Below are positions 23,180-29,517 of a stretch of 45,332 nucleotides of DNA, piece after piece. The notes beneath the pieces were generated by a model. That model searched no databases and had not been told where the DNA came from. It saw only the letters and a list, made by a program, of their open reading frames with translations. Origin of the DNA: a virus; the IMG/VR virus record IMGVR_UViG_3300045988_041884. One strand, given 5' to 3'. Position 1 is the stretch's first letter, and every line of letters begins with the position of its first letter. The translations under genes and the position numbers were made by a program.

Positions 23180-23489
23180 CTGCTAAAACGTGTGTGTCGG
23201 TAGATAGCGAATCTACATAATGTGTATACATTTGTAATAATTCCTTTACCGAAAATTCAACATCTACCTGCTCACATGGCTCTTTTTCAAAGATACAGTC
23301 CATATCTACTGTCCCGCCAAACGGAATAGGCTCATCTGGAGGAACAATCCTTCTTTCCGGCATCTTTAAATCACCTTTTTCACCTGTTAGAACTGCTTTC
23401 TTGATTTTGTTTGTCTGGTCTTGTAAATCCCAGATACGATTCCACAGGTCAGAAATTGTTTTGTCGATTTCTTTTTTCTTGCGCTTCAC
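23130..23489 (-). CDS. First gene of the leftward operon: 119-aa tail-anchored membrane protein (not Cro-like)
   Basis: Track ORF 23130..23564. GTG 23489 is 8 nt after AAGGAGG. C-terminal TM VLAVISIIALIIAIVALIV. Confidence 0.6.
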   Translation of the reverse strand: MKRKKKEIDKTISDLWNRIWDLQDQTNKIKKAVLTGEKGDLKMPERRIVPPDEPIPFGGTVDMDCIFEKEPCEQVDVEFSVKELLQMYTHYVDSLSTDTHVLAVISIIALIIAIVALIV

Positions 23490-23508
23490 TGTTTTCACCT
23501 CCTTGTTT

Positions 23509-23595
23509 TTGTTGATGAACAAATAATAGCACTTACATTCTTGTTTGTCAACATGTTTTATCAAATTATTTTCAATTTTTCTTGTTGACCAACAA
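23509..23595. promoter_or_regulatory. Three operator-like palindromes TTGTT-N4-AACAA
   Basis: O1 23509-23522 is TTGTTgatgAACAA. O2 23541-23554 is TTGTTtgtcAACAt. O3 23582-23595 is TTGTTgaccAACAA. Confidence 0.7.
23523..23551 (-). promoter_or_regulatory. Leftward early promoter
   Basis: Minus strand has TTGACA (23551-23546), a 17-nt spacer and TATTAT (23528-23523). The -35 lies inside O2, and O1 covers the start region. Confidence 0.7.
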
Positions 23596-23613
23596 GCGTA
23601 ATAATGGTATACT
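23585..23613 (+). promoter_or_regulatory. Rightward repressor promoter
   Basis: TTGACC (23585-23590, inside O3), a 17-nt spacer, and TGgTATACT with the hexamer at 23608-23613. Confidence 0.7.
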
Positions 23614-23635
23614 TCATATTAAGAAAGGAGGAACA

Positions 23636-24031
23636 ATGTTGGAAACGATAGGAGAAAGAATCCGATCTATCAGAGAAGAACATCACATGTCCCGAAGAAA
23701 ATTCGGAGAGGTTCTCGGCACTAGCGAAAACGCTATTGTCAATATAGAATATGATAGATTGAAACGTCCTGACCAGAAAGAACCTATATATAAGCTGATT
23801 TGCAAAGAATTTGGAATTAATATGGAATGGCTTATGTACGGGACTGGCGATAAAGAATGTGATGATTTAAGAGATGCTCAAATTTCCGAGTTTGTTGGAA
23901 GAACTTTTGAAAACGAATCTGAAACGTTCAAAAAAAGGTTTATTGCCATGCTTTCATCATTAGATGAATCTGATTGGGAAACACTTGAAAAAATTGCAAA
24001 TTTGCTTCAAAACAAAAAAGAGCAGGAATAA
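23636..24031 (+). CDS. XRE/cI-type HTH repressor without a peptidase domain
   Basis: AAAGGAGG lies 5-6 nt upstream of ATG 23636. IGERIRSIREEHHMSRRKFGEVLGTSENAIVNIEYDR. Confidence 0.85.
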   Translation: MLETIGERIRSIREEHHMSRRKFGEVLGTSENAIVNIEYDRLKRPDQKEPIYKLICKEFGINMEWLMYGTGDKECDDLRDAQISEFVGRTFENESETFKKRFIAMLSSLDESDWETLEKIANLLQNKKEQE

Positions 24032-24047
24032 CACCTGCTCTCTTTTT
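24019..24047 (+). terminator. Rho-independent terminator of the repressor gene
   Basis: AGAGCAGG-aataaca-CCTGCTCT followed by cTTTTT. An A-run precedes the stem. Confidence 0.75.
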
Positions 24048-24138
24048 ATAAGATACCACGAACAAAATGATAAATTATCTTTAATTTTCTGGAGTCCATC
24101 TTTTCTAAAAGTTTAATTATTTTTTCTTTATAGTCCAT
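24046..24138 (-). CDS. 30-aa micro-ORF (not in the track)
   Basis: GGGAGGG lies 6 nt upstream of ATG 24138. Translation: MDYKEKIIKLLEKMDSRKLKIIYHFVRGIL. Confidence 0.4.
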   Translation of the reverse strand: MDYKEKIIKLLEKMDSRKLKIIYHFVRGIL

Positions 24139-24220
24139 AAATAACCCTCCCTGTCACAACTACCCCTTACACTACAGCATATGTCCGGCTGTGGGAAATA
24201 GAACCGAACATTAGTTCGTT

Positions 24221-24541
24221 TCATGCCATTATATCACTAATGTTTGCTCTTGGAAACTGCCAGATATACACCGATATGCTTATGATTGCATAGAAATTAT
24301 TCGTAACATCAAAGATATAGTCTTTTCTGTTTAGTGGCAGGGCGAATAAAAACGGCAGCATGGTCTGTTTTATTTCATGGGCGCTATTCTTATGTAGGGT
24401 AGAAGATCTGTACGCATTTTGGACAGAATACACTCCTGACTCTTCATGGATATAATCGTCTACACACATTGGTAAATAAACAATGTAATTAAGCAAAAGC
24501 ACAGCTCCTATTATAATTAGTATATTTTTGATTATTTTCAT
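24221..24541 (-). CDS. AT-rich, N-terminally anchored/secreted small protein (lysogenic-conversion or exclusion candidate)
   Basis: Track ORF 24221..24553. ATG 24541 is 8 nt after AGGTGA. N-terminal MKIIKNILIIIGAVLLLNYIVYL. Confidence 0.6.
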   Translation of the reverse strand: MKIIKNILIIIGAVLLLNYIVYLPMCVDDYIHEESGVYSVQNAYRSSTLHKNSAHEIKQTMLPFLFALPLNRKDYIFDVTNNFYAIISISVYIWQFPRANISDIMA

Positions 24542-24663
24542 TTCATAAATCACCTAAAAACGTCTATTTACAACTAAATTTAACGATGCTATAATAAAAA
24601 TAACATATTTAAACACTTTTTTTTGCAAATGGCGAAAACAATGTTTACAAGGGAATGATTTAC

Positions 24664-25368
24664 ATGAAAATTGCGATTTGTGACGATGATAATTTACGGA
24701 TTGAGATTTTCAAAAATAGCATTGACCGATATCTAAAAGAGCATGGTGATGGTGGATATACATTAACCACCTACACCAGCGGAAAGCCTTTGATCGACGA
24801 TGTTTCAGATGGTGAATGGTATGACATAATAATTCTTGATGTCTCCATTAACGGAGAAAATGGCATAGAGATTGCCAAAAGATTAAGAAAAATCGGATAC
24901 TATGGAAATATCACTTTTTGGACAGAACGCAAAGAATATGTATTTGATGCACTTGATGTGCTGCCGGTTCATTACATCATTAAAGGCTCTGAGCATGGAA
25001 GAATGTATTCAGTTGTTGAGCAGACGCTTGAAAATATCCGTGAAAAAACGCTTACTATCAAGAACAAGGACTACTTTCACAGAGCTGAATTCCGGCATAT
25101 TGAATACATCGAAAGCCAGAACAAATACATAATGATCCATTGCACGTGCGGAATATCGCACAAGGAACGAGGAAAGCTCAATGATATCGAAAAGAGTCTT
25201 GACGGAAGATTTTTGCGCTGCCACCAGAGCTATATAGTTAATATGGACGAGGTAAGTGAAGTAAGTCATTTTTTTACGATGGTATCTGGCGCGATCGTCC
25301 CGATCAGACAAAGAGAACTTGCGAAAATAAGAGAAAAATATGAAAACTACGTCATTGGAGGGAAATAA
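24664..25368 (+). CDS. Orphan response regulator: REC domain + LytTR DNA-binding domain
   Basis: MKIAICDDDN, IIILDVSINGENG, NITFWT and HYIIKG form the REC signature. IEYIESQNKYIMIH ... RFLRCHQSYIVNMDEV forms the LytTR signature. Confidence 0.85.
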   Translation: MKIAICDDDNLRIEIFKNSIDRYLKEHGDGGYTLTTYTSGKPLIDDVSDGEWYDIIILDVSINGENGIEIAKRLRKIGYYGNITFWTERKEYVFDALDVLPVHYIIKGSEHGRMYSVVEQTLENIREKTLTIKNKDYFHRAEFRHIEYIESQNKYIMIHCTCGISHKERGKLNDIEKSLDGRFLRCHQSYIVNMDEVSEVSHFFTMVSGAIVPIRQRELAKIREKYENYVIGGK

Positions 25369-25371
25369 AGC

Positions 25372-25941
25372 ATGAGCGAAGAGAAAACAAAGAAATGCAA
25401 GTATTGTAAAACAGAGATTCCGGCAGATGCTAAAGTCTGCCCGCAGTGCCGGAAGAAATTAAAAGGTGGAAAGCTCAAATGGGTTGTGCTGATAATCCTT
25501 GTCGGAGCCATCATCGGAGCTGTAGCGGGTGAAAGTGATTCAGAATCAGATAAAAGCGCAGCAACCGCTACTTCTTCAGAAAAGAAAGAAGCTACTACTA
25601 AACCAAAAGAAGAAGCTGCGCCAATCGAGTACACTACTGTTTCTGTTAATGATATGATGTCCGATCTTGATAGTAACGCCATGGGTGCATCTGATAAATA
25701 CAAAGGTAAATACCTTGAGATCACTGGAAATCTCAGTAACATTGATGCTTCCGGAAAGTACATCAGCCTCACAGCAGATGGCGATTTTGAAATCATCGGC
25801 GTACAGTGTAATATTAAAAATGACGAGCAAAAATCAAAGGTAGCATCTCTTACCAAAGGCGATAAAGTAACATTAAAAGGAAAATGCACAGATGTTGGAG
25901 AAGTCCTTGGATATTCTTTTGACATTGACGAGATTGAGTAA
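25372..25941 (+). CDS. Membrane protein: cytoplasmic zinc ribbon, one TM, external OB-fold (tRNA_anti-like/DUF4352-like) domain
   Basis: CKYCKTEIPADAKVCPQCRK, TM WVVLIILVGAIIGAVAG, and C-terminal KYKGKYLEITGNLSNIDASGKYISL...GDKVTLKGKC. It starts 4 nt after the LytTR gene. Confidence 0.75.
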   Translation: MSEEKTKKCKYCKTEIPADAKVCPQCRKKLKGGKLKWVVLIILVGAIIGAVAGESDSESDKSAATATSSEKKEATTKPKEEAAPIEYTTVSVNDMMSDLDSNAMGASDKYKGKYLEITGNLSNIDASGKYISLTADGDFEIIGVQCNIKNDEQKSKVASLTKGDKVTLKGKCTDVGEVLGYSFDIDEIE

Positions 25942-25949
25942 ACCAGACT

Positions 25950-25980
25950 AGCTCCTGCTTAAATAGCAGGGGCTGTTTTT
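25950..25980 (+). terminator. Rho-independent terminator between the LytTR operon and the integrase gene
   Basis: AGCTCCTGCT-taaat-AGCAGGGGCT (one G.U) followed by gTTTTT. Confidence 0.65.
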
Positions 25981-25996
25981 ATACAAGGAGGAAAAT

Positions 25997-27169
25997 ATGG
26001 CAAAAAGAAAGAAGTACCCAAAACTGCCGAATAGCTTCGGGTCTATCCGCTATCTCGGCAAGGGTCGAAGAAACTGCTATGCAGTGCACCCACCGGCAAC
26101 GATTGACGCAACAGGAAAAGCGATCCGCCCGCCTGCGATCTGCTACGTTGACGACTATCTGAAAGGATTCGCCGTTCTGACAGCATACAAAGCCGGAACG
26201 TACAAGCCAGGTATGGAAAAAGAGCTTGAGATTGCCCCTACAACGGACACAGACGCTCTTATAAGCCGTATCTTGTCAGACTACAATACATTTAAGGGCA
26301 CAGAGGAAAGACACCCGGAAACGCACAAATTGACGTTCTCAGAGGTATATGAACAATTCTACGCATGGAAATTTCCGGAGGGGACAAAAGCGTCTTACAG
26401 TTCGATGGAATCATACAGGACAGCTTACTCAAACTGTAAAACATTATACAATCACACGTTTGAAGATTTAAAAGCCCCCGATTTGCAGGACGTAATAGAC
26501 AAATGCACTCTTAAGAAGCAAAGCAAATCAATTATATTAACCCTCTTCAAGCAGATGTATAAGTACGCCATCTATTCAGAAATTGTGTCGGAAAACAAGG
26601 CTTTATATGTAAAGGTTAACGCAAATGATGATACGGAGCATGGTACACCTTTTTCCGATCGGGAATTGCGAATTTTGTGGAACAATGCTGATGATCCAGA
26701 AGTGCAGCTCATTCTAATCATGTGCTATTCTGGCTGGAGGATTGGCGAAGTATCAAAGCTTTCGATCAATCTCGAAGAAAGATATTATCAGGGCGGTATT
26801 AAGACAAAAGCTGGAAAAGACAGGGTCGTACCTATCCATCCAGCCGTATATAGCTTTGTCCAGTCAAAAATGGAATCGCAAGGAAAGCTTCTAATGTATA
26901 CGCAAAAGCATCATAGAGACAAACTCTTCTACCCTACACTGGAACGCTTGAATATAACCGGCAATCCGAAGCACACGCCGCACGATTGCCGACATACCTT
27001 TTCTGCCCTGTGCGAAAAATATGGCGTCCGGGAGAATGACCGGAAGAGGATGCTGGGACATTCGTTCGGAAACGATGTCACGAACGCTGTGTACGGTCAC
27101 AGAACTCTGGAGGAACTCCGGGAAGAAATAGAGAAAATAAAAGTCCCATTTGTGACTAACTGTGACTAA
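25997..27169 (+). CDS. int: Tyrosine recombinase/integrase
   Basis: AAGGAGG RBS. WRIGEV (Arg), HDCRHTF (His-x-x-Arg), LGHS and AVYGH (Tyr) motifs. Confidence 0.9.
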   Translation: MAKRKKYPKLPNSFGSIRYLGKGRRNCYAVHPPATIDATGKAIRPPAICYVDDYLKGFAVLTAYKAGTYKPGMEKELEIAPTTDTDALISRILSDYNTFKGTEERHPETHKLTFSEVYEQFYAWKFPEGTKASYSSMESYRTAYSNCKTLYNHTFEDLKAPDLQDVIDKCTLKKQSKSIILTLFKQMYKYAIYSEIVSENKALYVKVNANDDTEHGTPFSDRELRILWNNADDPEVQLILIMCYSGWRIGEVSKLSINLEERYYQGGIKTKAGKDRVVPIHPAVYSFVQSKMESQGKLLMYTQKHHRDKLFYPTLERLNITGNPKHTPHDCRHTFSALCEKYGVRENDRKRMLGHSFGNDVTNAVYGHRTLEELREEIEKIKVPFVTNCD

Positions 27170-27173
27170 CCGT
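27148..27173 (+). repeat. Direct repeat copy A (tandem TGTGACTAAC) overlapping the integrase stop
   Basis: ATTTGTGACTAACTGTGACTAACCGT. It encodes the last residues FVTNCD and the stop. Confidence 0.8.
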
Positions 27174-27344
27174 TCCTATTTTTATCACCTTTAAACTGTC
27201 TTAATCACTCTAACAAAAGTCTGCAAAGCCTTGATTTTACTGGCTTTTCCGCATTTTACAAGGGATTCCGCAAAGACATTTTCTTTAATCTAATTTTAAT
27301 GAAAACATTCAAGAATACTTTGTTTATGCGGGTTTTCAGACTTT

Positions 27345-27371
27345 ATTTGTGACTAATTTGTGACTAACCGT
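27345..27371 (+). repeat. Direct repeat copy B
   Basis: ATTTGTGACTAATTTGTGACTAACCGT, about 197 bp downstream of copy A. Confidence 0.8.
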
Positions 27372-27409
27372 GCAAATCTATATCTGATTAAAATATCGTA
27401 ATTTGACGT

Positions 27410-27450
27410 AAAAAAAAGAGAGTCGGGTTTTTATGCCCAACTCTTTTTTT
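27410..27450. terminator. Bidirectional terminator-like hairpin
   Basis: An A8 run, GAGAGTCGGG-tttttatg-CCCAACTCTT (one mismatch), then a T7 run. Confidence 0.6.
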
Positions 27451-27618
27451 GGCTGTCCGCTCGTGCCGCTGCTAACAGCCCCCAAATTGGGACATACAGC
27501 TCTTTCATTCATGCACGGCAGATCAGTCTGCACTCTTCACTTGTGCGTAGCCACACAGGAAACTTTACATCATAAGCTCAACCCCTGTGCGACTACTGAT
27601 AGTATACCTCATTTTGCA

Positions 27619-29055
27619 TCAAAGTGCAATCAAATCTTTCCAGACAGCTGCATCACAGATTCCGTCCTGTTTCATGCCCCTGGATTTCTTGTAAGCATTC
27701 AGAGCATAAATGGCGTTTGTTCCGGCAGAACGATCAAGTTCAAGCTCTTTACCGTCTTTTCCTTTGAATTTTCGTGCTACAAGAATCTCCTGCAAAAGAA
27801 GAACAGAAAGTCCTGTGCTGCCTGCTACTACTGTTTCTGGTTCGAACATATATTTTCCTTCTGTTGATGTATTAGTTGATGTATTGCCGGATTTACTTCC
27901 GGAAGTAACTGCAATGGCTACATGATGATTATCATTCAAAAGAATATCGCCAGCTTTCAGATAATCTCCGGATGTGAGATACTTGCTGTCTGTCAGAACT
28001 TTTGCACCAGCGGTTTTCATCGCAGCTCTCATGTTTCGTGTTGTCAGATAGATGCTGACTGCTTTCAACTTTGTATTATTCAGACGATACCCGGCGCCCT
28101 TGACGATAGCTGCTGTACTTGCACTGCAATCAGATTCACAAGCTACCGTGACCTGTGCCGGATCGTAGTTACTTGCCTTTAAATGCTGCCAGAATGAATA
28201 CCGGTCATTGCTGTTTCCGGCAGTGCCCTGATCGTAGCCGATGAGATTGTTTTGTGCTGCTTTTGTCGCCATGTCTGCGATCATGGCTGCGATTTTTGCA
28301 TCATTGAATCTCAGGACGCAGAGCCACGGTCTACTGTACCAGTTCATGATCTGATACTCTGTGCCAGTCTGATCTCCTGCTTTCCCACCTGCATATCTTC
28401 CGTTCTCATCATGTCCGCAGTTACTGATTTTTACCATTTTTGTTTCTCCTTTCTGTGTCGTTCCTCTATAGTCCTTATAGAATACATCCATATCAACATT
28501 TCCGCTGATTCCAGATACTCTTCCTTTACTGGAATACTGCCAGCCTACACCAACAGATGGACGCAATCTTTCCTGTACAGAACCGTTGTCGTTTGCCGAA
28601 TAACGAGCAATCCAACAATCGTACTTTTTCAGGGCATCTGACAGAACATTATTATACCAATCCAGATTGCAGTAGATGCCGACCTTATAACCGGCTTTCT
28701 TTATTCTTGTCAGAAATGCTACGGCAATATTTTCGATAGCCTGTTTGCCGAGTTTTCGCTGATTAGACCACTCGAGATCGTAGAACACTGGAAAGTCCAG
28801 TCCTCGCCCGTTCAGCGCGGCGATCACATCTTCTGCTTCGTCAATCGCCTGTGCCGGTGTTAGAGCGTATGAATACTTATAGCCACCGACAAGGATTCCG
28901 TTGCTCTTGCATCCCTTGTAGTTGCACTCGAATGAGCTGTCAACGCCTGTTTTCTGATGTACTCTCAAGATTGCGAATTTAATGCCGGATTTAGCAACTT
29001 TCGCCCAGTCGGGTTTTCCCTGATTAGATGATACGTCAATTCCTTTAATTTTCAT
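27619..29055 (-). CDS. Endolysin: GH25 muramidase + second Cys/His domain + C-terminal PG_binding_1-like domain
   Basis: N-terminal MKIKGIDVSSNQGKPDWAKV...FAILRV (GH25). Middle GHDENGRYAGGKAGDQTGTE ... ACESDCS ... NHHVAI. C-terminal LLLQEILVARKFKG...DGICDAAVWKDLIAL. Confidence 0.85.
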   Translation of the reverse strand: MKIKGIDVSSNQGKPDWAKVAKSGIKFAILRVHQKTGVDSSFECNYKGCKSNGILVGGYKYSYALTPAQAIDEAEDVIAALNGRGLDFPVFYDLEWSNQRKLGKQAIENIAVAFLTRIKKAGYKVGIYCNLDWYNNVLSDALKKYDCWIARYSANDNGSVQERLRPSVGVGWQYSSKGRVSGISGNVDMDVFYKDYRGTTQKGETKMVKISNCGHDENGRYAGGKAGDQTGTEYQIMNWYSRPWLCVLRFNDAKIAAMIADMATKAAQNNLIGYDQGTAGNSNDRYSFWQHLKASNYDPAQVTVACESDCSASTAAIVKGAGYRLNNTKLKAVSIYLTTRNMRAAMKTAGAKVLTDSKYLTSGDYLKAGDILLNDNHHVAIAVTSGSKSGNTSTNTSTEGKYMFEPETVVAGSTGLSVLLLQEILVARKFKGKDGKELELDRSAGTNAIYALNAYKKSRGMKQDGICDAAVWKDLIAL

Positions 29056-29073
29056 AACAGCTTTCTCCTTATT

Positions 29074-29517
29074 TTATGAATAGACTTTCCACCCTTTCCA
29101 ATCCGCACCCTGCACCTTAGAATTGATATAAATTTTCTGTGAATACGGTCTTATCAGCATAAGAACCCTTGTAGTTTGAGTTCCTTGGCAGAACCCCATG
29201 TACATTGAAGCATCTGAATCCGGACGAATGCCTTCCGATAGGGTATAAGTTCCTTGTGTCTGCAAAGGGATATCATCAAGTGAAGAATACGTCGCACCGT
29301 TGATCACTCTTCCATTCAATTCATTCACCGCTCCAATTACAGTTTTATTACTTGTTGTAAGCTTTGAAATAACCGCATTCGCTAACCGGTCAACGATCCA
29401 ATCCCAAACTCCACTGAACGACAAAAGCTTGTTTGCCTTCGCTGTTGCGTCGTAAATCATCAGTTTGTCGTTGTTCGCCGGTGTTGCTTTCTGTGAATAC
29501 TCGTTAAATTTACCCAT
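29074..29517 (-). CDS. Small tail-fibre-associated protein (147 aa)
   Basis: Track ORF with a TAATG overlap to the fibre gene. N-terminal GKFNEYSQKATPANNDKLMIYD is typical of fibre/RBP-adjacent proteins. Confidence 0.6.
   Translation of the reverse strand: MGKFNEYSQKATPANNDKLMIYDATAKANKLLSFSGVWDWIVDRLANAVISKLTTSNKTVIGAVNELNGRVINGATYSSLDDIPLQTQGTYTLSEGIRPDSDASMYMGFCQGTQTTRVLMLIRPYSQKIYINSKVQGADWKGWKVYS

Noticed and set aside
25347-25925. 192-aa minus-strand ORF antisense to the zinc-ribbon/OB-fold gene
   Set aside because: It lies entirely inside a well-supported plus-strand gene, has S/L/F/P-rich shadow-frame composition, and has no RBS.
27433-28739. Plus-strand ORFs overlapping the endolysin gene and the int-lysin spacer (27433..27867, 27710..27925, 27922..28182, 28252..28641, 28557..28739)
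   Set aside because: They are antisense to a gene with clear GH25 and PG-binding motifs. They have Cys/Phe-rich shadow composition and no RBS.
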